DNA of 64,000 nt from Dendrobates tinctorius (lineage: Eukaryota), in NCBI RefSeq assembly GCF_039654945.1, contig NW_027361695.1:6696001-6760000 (forward strand), in the 5' to 3' direction. Positions 53,827 to 64,000 of this stretch are shown here, piece after piece. A model generated the notes under the pieces. The model did not search any database and had not been told where the DNA came from. It saw nothing but the letters and a program-made list of their open reading frames with translations. The position numbers were made by a program, and so were the translations under genes. Positions within the stretch are counted from its first letter, which is position 1. Each line of letters begins with the position of its first letter.

Positions 53827-55536
53827 GTAATTTATTTTATGTTCTTTGCATCTATAAAGTGAACCTGCTGCTTGAAATCTAGACATCCGCTCTCATTACA
53901 CAGGGATGTCTTAATCTGAAGCGGCTTTGAGTTTACTTGCAACGCACAGAGAGAGGACTCCTAAGGGGGCAACTCCGACTCTGCTCCCTCCACACTAAGG
54001 GAAGAGTCAGATGGCCGTATAACTCTGAGAAGGATCGCAACGCAATGCTCGGACTGACAAAGCACAACAGCTGCACAGAAATGCACATGGTCACACTCGA
54101 GTCGGGACAGCCAACGGCCAGTCTGAGTCTCGCATCGTGATCCCCGTCTGCCTCTTCCCTAATAGGGAGACCTCTGTCAATCAGACTATTCCCTGTGTCC
54201 AGCTTATTTTGCAAGTTTTCTTTGAAACACTGCAGTGAAGCTTTCTGCAATGATGGAGCCCGGTTTTAATTCAATCAACATGAAAGCACCAGACAGGTTC
54301 CCTCTAAATGGTTTCTCTTGCGACCCTTGCTTCTGCTGATGACATTGCATCGACAGGCGCCTGCTAGGACGTGTGCACACCCAGCCTGTATTACGCACGC
54401 ACCCTATGCTAATAGGACCCTGACATGTCTTGACCGACACGTGCCAATATACCGTCATCTGTGTCACTGACCTGCTAATGGTAGGAGCGATCGGCATCAG
54501 AAAGGAGGGTTTCTCATTATTAAAGAGTAAAACTACAAGTAGTTTGTAAAAACAAGCAACTTTGCTATTTACCTCTTATGAAAATCTTGTTCCTGAGGGA
54601 TTATTATTTCGATTGTGTACAGCTCATTGCTTAGGTTACAAGCCTCCGCTGTGGTCTGTCAGAGGTGGTCCGTTTCCTAGGCTCGGAGCGCAGCACTTAC
54701 AAGCTCTTTGCTATGGAGCTCACTAGCCGGATGATTCCTCTGGGGCTGCAAAGGCAAAGCTATCTCTGTTTGCAGCATCTTAAAGTGCGTAATTCAGGTC
54801 ACTATTGAGACAATACCACTGGTCCAAATGGTCAATCATTCAGCCACCCCCCTCCCCCGGGAGACAGAGGTGCTTGTGCTCCTGAAGACCCATCTTGAGG
54901 CGGAACTATTAAGGCTATATGGTGTTTACCATAGTGTTGCACTCAGCAGGTCGTGTCGGGCTCTTACTAGCAAGACTCCACGCAGATGTTTTGTATAGGA
55001 AGACTCCATGCATAGTTAGGTACTCCCTCTATATACGTGATTTAGGTCTTCGCTCTACGTGCATGGCTAGGTCCTCCCTAATGTTGTTTGTGAGGACACA
55101 ACCCCTATATCTTGCTCTGCCTGCTCAGTGGTTACGTTTTCCTTAGATCCTTCCTTTTATAACGAAGTGCAGTTTATATAATTTCCTATTGCACTATAAT
55201 GAGGTCAGTAATTCCCACAAGTCGCATTCCCTCCATCCTAGCATACGTGCTCCTGCCTGCAGCAGAATCAATAGTAAAGAGTCCATCAGGCTGATGTATT
55301 AGGTCATTGGGTTATTCACCTCATTAAAGATGTAGAAGTCCCGTTTTATTCTTCCCTTCCGGGAAATGTGAGTTAATAATAGAAGTGTCCCCTCTGCTCA
55401 GGATCCTCTTCGCCCTGAGCGGTCGCAGTAGCGTCTCTCTGATTTCCATGTCCTCTATCACACACACAACTTTCGGATGTAATGCCCATGTTGAAGCCAA
55501 TGATCTGAACATAAAGGATTTCTCTTTACTCATCAG

Positions 55537-55619
55537 GCCCTCTCGGGATTTCGACAGATCCATGTTATCGATATGGACACCATAGACGTTTCTAATTTAA
55601 ATAGACAGTTCTTATTCCG
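55537..55619 (+). CDS. UBA3: UBA3 exon 5
   Basis: [28 protein letters not shown] (ThiF/E1 motif). Confidence 0.96.
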
Positions 55620-56138
55620 GTAAGTGATGTCGCCATTTCCTTTTTCTTATCTTGTACCTGAGTGTGGGGTCTAGAAAGCATAATTTCTGTAGATAATCCC
55701 TAGCAGCCGACTGGGTTGTTATTTCCAAATATAATTGTCCACCTCGTGACTTTGCATACAGGACACTCGTAGCTGAACTGCTCTGTATTAGGGGCTTAGA
55801 TTTGAGGCCCCCTCTTTCATTGATGGCATCTTTAACCCCTTTTGCGATCTTGGACATATGGGAACGTCCAAGTTCATCTCCCTGCATTTGATGCGGGCTC
55901 TGGCGTTCATGGGAGATGATTTCTGCTGAAGCTCTGTATGTGTAGCACAAGCGATCGGATGATCGCAGCGTCAAGTCTCCTAAGGAGACTACTGAAGTGT
56001 ATTAAAAAATGTATTAAAAGAAATAAAAGTTCAAATCGCCCCCCTTTTGCTTCATTCAAAATAGAACCAAAAAAAAGCAAAACCTATTTGGTATTGCTGT
56101 GTTCGGAAATGTCCGATCCATCAAAATCTAAAGTAAAT

Positions 56139-56500
56139 TACCGTATTTTTGGACCATAAGATGCACTTTTTTTCGGGAAACTGGGGGTGCGTTTTATGGT
56201 CGCAATATACTTACAAATCCTCTGGAGGCGGTCCCATTGCAGCCTCCATTCCCAGGCTGGTGCGGCGGTGTGTCGGCAGCGGGTCACTGTGCTGCGTGCG
56301 GGGCTCTGCCGGCATTTCGTCAAGGCCCGGAATCCCCCGCAGTTCCATTGCTGTGATGCGGTTGGCTCAGGAAAGATGGTCGCTGGAGGCGGCGCATGCT
56401 TAGATTCAAATCTCGGCAACGAGATCTGAATCTGAGCATGCGCCGACCCCGGTGGCCATCTTTCCGGATGCCTCCGCTTCGCAGCAACGCAGCTGCAAGG
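56139..56500. mobile_element. Partial Tc1/mariner-pogo-like MITE (TA-CCGTA end)
   Basis: TA CCGTATTTTTGGACCATAAGATGCAC...GTGCGTTTTATGGTC; only one end recognised. Confidence 0.45.
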
Positions 56501-56659
56501 GCTTTCCAAAAACTGAATATCGCAAGGTGGAGAAGGGGTAATGCTCTATTCCTCCTTATAATAAAAAGTTCTCAAATACTTGTAGATCCTTTCTCATCAG
56601 GGAATGGGTTGTATTTTATTTTTCATACTTTTAATCAATACGTTCATTGTACTTTTCAG

Positions 56660-56740
56660 GCCTAAAGATGTTGGAAGACCAAAAGCCGAGGTGGCGGCTG
56701 AATTTATAAACAGCAGAATACCTGACTGTTGTGTCACACC
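56660..56740 (+). CDS. UBA3: UBA3 exon 6
   Basis: [27 protein letters not shown]; followed by U12-type donor GTATCCTTT. Confidence 0.95.
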
Positions 56741-57010
56741 GTATCCTTTACAGACTTCAATATACACTCGCCAGATTAGAGACCCTTTAACCACTTCCTG
56801 TTGTGCGTACATGCATGTCAGATGTTGGGTGCTGCAGTGTGTGAACCAAGACTCTTAAAAGTCTAACCTATTAAAATATAAAGTTATTTAACCTGTAGAG
56901 AAAATACATACAGTAGACAAAATAAATCTAAATGCCAGAATTGATGCTTGTCGGACACCGTACCTCCTCCACCAAAATGGAATGAAAACTCCTATGTACC
57001 CCAGAATGTA

Positions 57011-57099
<89 letters not shown>

Positions 57100-57590
57100 A
57101 GTATTTTATTTTTTTTATATATTTAGTATCAACATGATCGTAATGCCATCAGGTTGCTGTGATTTCACAGCACAGGGAACACTATAAATACAAAACCCTA
57201 TGGCAGGATTGCCTTTTTTTCCCCCTATTTCTAGTACATTATATGGTAAAACTACAACTCATCCCACAAAAAAATAAATGCCCACTCCACCATGTAGAAT
57301 CAAAAGTAAGGAGAAGGTTCTAAACTTTTAGAAGGGGAAGAAAAGGCCAAAGTGCAAAAAAGAAAACAAAACACAAATTGGTTGCAGCAGGAAGAGGTTA
57401 GGAGAACAGCACAGGTAAAGAAACGGTGGTGTGCAGGGTCTGAGAAGAGTTGAATGCATTTGCGTGCATCATGTGTAACCCCCTCATTGTATCAGTTTTG
57501 TTTGTATTGTTCCTTCTAATTACAAAGATAATTTCTTTGCACGGTTTTCTTACTAGACTGTATCTTGGTGTATGTGTGTGTGTGTATTTA

Positions 57591-57634
<44 letters not shown>

Positions 57635-57674
57635 AATTATTATTTTTGTTTTCTTTAACACCTGGAAATCGAAG
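56741..57674 (+). other. UBA3: U12-type (minor spliceosome) GT-AG intron, UBA3 intron 6
   Basis: 5' site GTATCCTTT; branch site TTCTTTAAC 57651-57659, 15 nt before the terminal AG; no polypyrimidine tract. Confidence 0.9.
56787..57401. mobile_element. piggyBac-like MITE containing a (TA)n microsatellite
   Basis: TTAA CCACTTCCTGTTG ... CAGCAGGAAGAGG TTAG; (TA)n at ~57021-57095. Confidence 0.6.
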
Positions 57675-57718
57675 CCATTACTGTAAGATTCAAGATTACG
57701 ATGAGTCCTTTTACAGAG
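57675..57718 (+). CDS. UBA3: UBA3 exon 7
   Basis: GAAG|C HYCKIQDYDESFYR G|GTAATG; 44 nt. Confidence 0.92.
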
Positions 57719-57757
57719 GTAATGATAGCTCCACCTCATAAAGTACATTTTTTTTTT

Positions 57758-58088
57758 TTAAAGGGGTTGTCCAGGCTTGGGCCACATATTGGCATTCTCT
57801 TCACCGTGCATGCTGTCGGGATTCCTAGCGCCGTGAGCGGAAGATGGGTGCGTATTCAATTTTCATACATGTGGTCACGTACCGACTAGACATGCACTGC
57901 CTCACTCAATACAAGTGAATTGAGCAATATCGGACAAGTCTAGTCTGCATGTGGCCTGAAGTATGCAAATCGCACATTTACGGTCACATGGCTGCCTTCT
58001 CCTGGCGTCAGAGAGTGCTGACTCTGCGCACGGTGAGGATTCACTTAGTCACTGCAAATTTGACCCCGAAACCTGGAAACCCCTTTAA
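57758..58088. mobile_element. T2-like MITE in UBA3 intron 7
   Basis: TTAA AGGGGTTGTCCAGG ... CCTGGAAACCCCT TTAA. Confidence 0.75.
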
Positions 58089-58143
58089 AGTAGACATGTA
58101 TTTTGAGCGTGACTTGATGTTTCTGCTGTTCTCCCCTCTGCAG

Positions 58144-58208
58144 AGTTCCATATTATAGTGTGTGGTCTGGATTCCATTATTGCCCGGCGCTGGTTGAACG
58201 GGATGCTG
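58144..58208 (+). CDS. UBA3: UBA3 exon 8
   Basis: [22 protein letters not shown]. Confidence 0.95.
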
Positions 58209-58874
58209 GTAATATTACTATCAACCATTCATAGTGTCTGAGAAGCAAATGATTAACGTGTTCATGACTCGAAATGTTTAGGGGGGGGGGGGGTCTTTCA
58301 CTCTCTGCATGTGATATCACTTTACATTTGCTAAGGGTCTGTCCTCTGGGACTCCCTTCGATCTACAGGGCTTTGCCTTTTTCTAGCCACTCTTTAAGTA
58401 AATGAGGCTGACTGCAGTTCCTTGGCAGCTTGATAGCTAAGACCCCCAATATGAAGGGGACACGGCAATACTCCGGACTGGTGGGATGTCAGGTGTTAGT
58501 CGCCAGCAATCATTGAGGGATGCGATATGCCATTGCTTTCCTTGATGGGAATATACCCCCTTTAAAGTAGTAAAGTGTACCACCTCTCCATTGTATTAAT
58601 GTCATTGGGAAGAAATTCGGTAGATTTCCCACTGTTAAAAATAAGGTTTTCAAAAACATAAAGCATGCAAAGCGTGTCCTATATAATCGGTACGACTATT
58701 GTGGTACATTAGTAGTCTCTTTCCTACATGTAATTACACCCGCTCTGTGGGGCGTCTCACTGACGACCTTGTATAATGAGCTCCTTTGTAGTGCCTACAA
58801 TTTGCATTAACCTGTAGAAACCTGTTTTTTTTTTGTTTTTGTTTTTTCTTTTAACATTACTTTATATTTCCTAG

Positions 58875-59030
58875 ATGTCTCTTCTGAACAATGAGGATGG
58901 CGTACTGCAGCAAAGTTCTGTGATTCCTCTGATTGACGGTGGTACAGAAGGATTTAAAGGAAACGCCCGGGTTATTTTACCAGGAATGACAGCCTGTGTG
59001 GAGTGTACCCTTGAATTATACCCTCCACAG
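58875..59030 (+). CDS. UBA3: UBA3 exon 9
   Basis: [52 protein letters not shown]. Confidence 0.96.
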
Positions 59031-59452
59031 GTATGTATGCGATTGATATCTCTTAGCCATGCTCTTATTTCAAGTACTGCCCTCCATCTTGACTGCAGCG
59101 CTCTCTCTCTCTCTCTCTCTCCACTCACTTCTATTAGCAAACTTACACCTAAGGTTGTGGGTTTCGTCCATTCCTTCCTGGTGGTCGTGCCCAGTACTGC
59201 AGCCCAGTCCTATTTTAAAGAGGTCATCAGAAAAGTGCGCACGCTGTCTTGTGACCGGAACAATGCGATTTTGGATTTTTCCGGCCACATTTCTAATAGA
59301 CGTGAATTGATAGAGGACAAGTACGTCTAGTCTGCACATGTCCGCACCCTCTCACCAGCAAGACTGAAGAATCCTGACTGCGTGTGCAGCGCACGCTGTA
59401 AAGTTTTGCAAGTCTGTTGTCACATGCCTTGATCAGAAGACTGGCAATCTCT

Positions 59453-60053
59453 TTAAAGGGAATCTGTCAGCAGGATTGTGCACAATAACCTACACACAGT
59501 GTCAGGTTGGCACTGTTATACTGATTTAAATGAAATCTGTCTTATGGCTGTTCTTTAATCTTTATTTTTTTTCAAGTTATTCAGCTAGAGGAAAAAAAAA
59601 AGTCAATTTCAAAATGGCGCTGCCGCGCCTGCTCAGTAGCTGCTATCCTTGTCTGCTGCTGTGATCCGATAGCTGCTGCTGTGCATGCGCTAGCAGCACC
59701 TTCTTACTGGAGAAGAAGAAAAAAATTTCTCCTCCAAAATGGCGCCGCCTGCACAGAAGCAGCACTCGGCTATCTCCGAACTGCTATTGTGCGGGCGGCA
59801 CCATCTTGGAGTAAGATGGCGCCACCGGCGCATGCGCAGTAGTAGCTATCGGATAGCAGCTACGGCGCAGCGGGTGCCATTTTCAAATTTATTTATTTTT
59901 TTCCTCTAGCTGAATAACTTGAAAGAAATAGATTAAAGAACAACCTTAAGACGGATTTCATCAACCAAGGTATCATTTTAATCAGTATAACGGCGCTGAC
60001 CTGACACTGTGTGTAGGTTACTGTGCACAATCCTGCTGACGGATTCCCTTTAA
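59453..60053. mobile_element. T2-like MITE, same family as 45353-46207
   Basis: TTAA AGGGAATCTGTCAGCAGGATTGTGCAC ... GTGCACAATCCTGCTGACGGATTCCCT TTAA. Confidence 0.88.
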
Positions 60054-60250
60054 CTATTTGGAATGAGCTGCAGTATCGGACACCACCACAAAATGTATAC
60101 ATAAATGGCACTGCACCCGCGTAGGGTTCAAAGGTGCCACCGGCTCCTTGGTTCTATTGATCGATTAGGGTCCCTAATGACAGACCATATGTGTTACAAG
60201 TCTCCTTTTAAAAAGTCAGTTTTTGTTTGTGCTTTTGTCGCTTTTTCCAG

Positions 60251-60353
60251 ATAAATTTTCCCATGTGTACGATTGCATCCATGCCGAGATTACCAGAGCA
60301 CTGTATAGAATACGTCCGGATATTGCAGTGGCCGAAGGAGCAGCCGTTTGGAG
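60251..60353 (+). CDS. UBA3: UBA3 exon 10 (catalytic cysteine in FPMCTI)
   Basis: [34 protein letters not shown]. Confidence 0.96.
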
Positions 60354-60595
60354 GTGTGAAATGTCATTTTAATGTCAGGTTGTCGGTAGCTGTCTGCAGC
60401 ATCAGCAGAGCTGAGAAGAAATAAAACCTTGTTGCCTCCATATGCGATTTTTACTGTATTTTGTGTATGCTATGGAGGAATTTTGTAGCACTACTGTTGC
60501 TCCAAGTAATCCACAGTACACTTCTTCTTGTTTCCAAGCAACCCTGCATCCTTTGTGTAAAATTTCATGATGTTTCTTTTTTTTTTTTTTTGCAG

Positions 60596-60709
60596 AGGGA
60601 ATACAGCTGGATGGAGATGACCCTGAACACATTCAGTGGATTTTTAAGAATTCTCTGGAGCGGGCGGCACAGTATAATATCAGAGGCGTAACGTACAGAC
60701 TTACTCAGG
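60596..60709 (+). CDS. UBA3: UBA3 exon 11
   Basis: [38 protein letters not shown]. Confidence 0.96.
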
Positions 60710-61452
60710 GTGAGTACAGGAGACCGAAGCTTCAGAACTAGGAATGGGCTCAGCTGTAAGCAGTCACCTTGCTGCTATGTTGCCAGCTACAGTTCTACTT
60801 TTCCTATATTTTAAAGGGTTTCTCCATGGGAAAAGGAAAAAAAGTTTTCACCTGTCTACAGAATATGATCAGTGGGGTCCGACTGCTGGGACGTTAGATT
60901 GTATCTGCAAAGCTCACATTAGAACGCTGCACCATTCATTTTCTATGTGGCTGCCAAGCACCACTTTCGGCTTTAAGGGCACCCTCGTAGAGACGGAATG
61001 GAGCAGCGATCGGGCATCTGTTCATTCCGATCCAGTCTATAACTGGGATAAAAATTCAGCAGTCTCGACCCCCATACAGATCAATAGGTTGCCACCTAAT
61101 CTGTGGGTATGTGAACACTTCATTTTACTGGACTACCCCTTCACCAATGGAGTGTACATTGCTGTAATACAGATTCCCATTTTCACCTCCATAGTCGGTT
61201 TTTATGAAAAATATGGAAGTGTAATAAGAAGTGTGAACATCGGAGAAATTCCGTCAATGTGAATTTCCATAGATTTGCTGATATACAGTCGTGTTTTCCT
61301 GCACACAGTTTGCCCTTACTTGTCTGTTTGGACATGTATCGTCGGACCTTATTCTTATGGCAAGATGGGCTGAGATTATATTTTCTCCTATTTTACACAT
61401 TAGGTTGCTGCTGTTGGAAGCAGTCTTAAATTTTTTTTGATTTCTTTCTTAG

Positions 61453-61506
61453 GTGTTGTGAAAAGAATCATCCCCGCCGTAGCGTCCACAAATGCAGTAA
61501 TTGCAG
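61453..61506 (+). CDS. UBA3: UBA3 exon 12
   Basis: GVVKRIIPAVASTNAVIA. Confidence 0.95.
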
Positions 61507-62629
61507 GTAAAAGATAGTAACTTGCAGATCTCATTGTATTTTGTGTTATGACAGTCAAGCTCGACTAATGTCTGGTTTGTCGATTTAATACGTACTCTAT
61601 TTATTAAAAAAAAACCTCCTGAAATCTTGCAGTTTTCATTTGGAGCCCTGTGATAGACTGACACTTCGTGTTCTGTGGAGATTGCCCCTCAGTAGTCATT
61701 ATCTCAGGCAGGATTGCAATGGCCAGTACCACCTATATAGAGAGAGCCAAGAAGCCACCATTGGTAGTAGGTGATGTCACAGCTCACCTCCTCTCCCTCT
61801 CTGAACACTGTCCTCTGCACAGTTCACAGAGCATGCCCACAACTCTCCCATAGAAGTCAGTGTTCCATGTGGCTGGTTTAAAGCATATCTCTGCTTTTAA
61901 AGGGATTGTCCACCTTTTTGGGGACTGTAAATGCATGTATATAGGGAAATTTAAGTTGTTGCACCATTTGACTTTTAAAGGCTTTTTAATTTGCAGCACG
62001 TTCAACTTTTTCTGTGGTCTTAAATCAGCGTAGCGGAGCTCAGAAAAAGAGGGGTAAAAAGAGTTGCTCACTGATGGCTTCTCCGTTAGCTCATTATAGA
62101 ACCAGCAATAGACACGGTAACAGAGACTATACCTCCAAATATAAGCATTTGAGAAACAGAAACTGAGCCAAAAGGCGGACATTTGCTTTAAGAATTCACG
62201 TGACCGTACAGTCGCCATATTTTACAGTCTCTGTTCTGACCATTAAATTCAGAGCCTGACTTGAATGAGCAGCCTCATAGACATAAATGGAGATGTTTTT
62301 TCGAGCGGTTTGGCACAGTAATTGCAGACCCTAAAATATGTCCACTATACTGTTGTGTGAATAAGCCTTAACGGAGCAGAGCAGCAGTTCGGGCAAGACT
62401 GCCGCCGCATAGTCACGTTCTGAAAACAAATCTGCAACCAATAAAGAAAAATGTGATGATAAGACTGACGCTTACAGATCCATATACCGACACTCAGCCC
62501 ATATTTGTGTTTTCCTCTTTAGTTTTGGCCCCTCGTTATTGTTGCTTGATACCTATGAAACTTCAGACAAGAGCTGCAGCGAAGGTGTCATGTCTGTCAT
62601 ATATCGCTAACTCCATGTTTTTCTTTTAG

Positions 62630-62666
62630 CCGCCTGTGCCACTGAAGTATTCAAGATAGCCACCAG
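62630..62666 (+). CDS. UBA3: UBA3 exon 13
   Basis: AACATEVFKIAT. Confidence 0.93.
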
Positions 62667-62768
62667 GTAAATGATGCGATCGAGCTTTATAAAATCTGGT
62701 TCATTTATTAAGATTTCATTTCTGGTTTTCATCACAATCTTGTGTTTTGTTTTTTATTTGTGGGGCAG

Positions 62769-62850
62769 TGCTTATTCTCCACTGAACAATTACCTGGTGT
62801 TCAATGACGTGGATGGATTGTACACGTACACCTTCGAAGCAGAAAGGAAG
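62769..62850 (+). CDS. UBA3: UBA3 exon 14 (gene continues beyond window)
   Basis: [28 protein letters not shown]|GTATGT. Confidence 0.95.
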
Positions 62851-63409
62851 GTATGTTGTGTCCAGTCAATTTTACATTGATGCCTTGCGGTTTTTCACTT
62901 TTCATCTGTTCACGTCTATAGATCTGGTTGAGATGACTGATCCAGCAGTCCTAAGGAAATCAATAAAATAGTGGTCACAAATGCACAATACCCCGCTCCA
63001 TTCAGTTTTTAATCTCTGCTCTTGGGTTCAGTGGAAATCCCAGAAGTTGGACCCCCTCCCCCGTGATCATACGTTAGTCTCCTATCTGGTGGTTGATTCT
63101 TCAGGTCTTTCTGGGTTTGTCCTATGCAGTTTAGTCTAGGATGAACCACCATAGGACGCATCCATTAAACATGTCATGTCTAGCAAACCCCTACTTAAAT
63201 GTTATAGTCCCTCATATAAAATACACACCTCTCTCTGACCAGCACTTACATAGCATAATTTTGTCACATGAGCGCTGCAGCCAATCGGTGACCACTGATG
63301 GGCTGCACCATTACTTCCGATAAAACTGTGAAGGCTTCAACTCTCACGTGCCCCTTAACAATGTTACATGAGCGCTAGGACACATCACGGACATTGCTGG
63401 AATATCATG

Positions 63410-64000
63410 TTTACTCTGTCGCCTTATTGGGGGACACAGAACCGTGGGTGTTATGCTGCTGTCCACTAGGAGGCGACACTATGCATAATCTGAAAAAGAT
63501 TAACTTTGGCTCCTCCTCTGCAGTATACACCCCTGGACGGCGTCAGCCTTCTCCAGTTTTTGCTTAGTGTCGCAAGGAGGCACACCTTTTTTTCTTTTTT
63601 TCCTTTCGTCGGAACAGATGAAGAAAAGTGGGTCTCCAGCGAGACTCCCGGCATGGCTCCTTCCTTGGCCCCCTTTTTAGGGGTGCCCAGTTGAAGTAGA
63701 GATGGCGGTTCCCCATGTCGCTCCTTCCCCAGTCCCTCGGGTACTGGTCCGAAGTTGAGACCCCCCCCTCCTTCCCCAACCCCCTTCAGGGTCTGGGTTG
63801 AGGTTGAGGCAAGGATGAAGACCCCCTGACGGTGACAGACGCACCCTCCCTAATCCCCCGCAGGGGGCATTAGGTTGAGACGCTGCAGGTAGGGTCGGAG
63901 TACAGACAGCATTCTGCACCAGGGACCCCAGCCCAGCTGTGGGATCCTGCTGGGGCCGGGGGAGGGTGCAGGCAGACGTGGCACAGCAGAGACAGGGCTT
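63410..64000 (+). mobile_element. Probable terminus of a DIRS-like retrotransposon in UBA3 intron 14
   Basis: TTTACTCTGTCGCCTTATTGGGGGACACAG...CCACTAGGAGGCGACACT...AGTGTCGCAAGGAG resembles, from memory, amphibian DIRS terminal repeats; abrupt rise in GC content; no coding domain visible before the window ends. Confidence 0.5.

Overview
This is vertebrate genomic DNA, most likely from a frog (inferred from the MITE, Helitron and DIRS-like repeat styles and the gene sequences). It is not prokaryotic. Three spliced genes are present in the conserved vertebrate order. LMOD3 is on +, with 3 coding exons at 26120-33475 (610 aa). ARL6IP5/PRAF3 is on -, with 3 exons at 48769-40541 (188 aa). UBA3 is on +, with exons 1-14 at 49049-62850, and runs off the window. 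ARL6IP5 and UBA3 are head-to-head with only 279 bp between start codons, and UBA3 intron 6 is a minor-spliceosome (U12-type) intron. The most striking structure is 3470-23236, a single ~19.8-kb non-autonomous hAT-like DNA transposon with 14-bp TIRs and a perfect 8-bp TSD (CATGGATG). Its interior is an ~18.4-kb satellite of ~594 in-phase 31-bp monomers with higher-order periodicity (5859 bp = 189 monomers). It also carries a decayed C2H2 zinc-finger fragment and GC-rich internal repeats that look ancestral to the satellite monomer. Also present are a ~990-bp near-perfect palindrome and a minisatellite-carrying Helitron in LMOD3 introns, two inverted arrays of an 86/81-bp satellite bracketing LMOD3, and many MITEs. 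Almost all ORFs in the supplied track are repeat artefacts or exon fragments.
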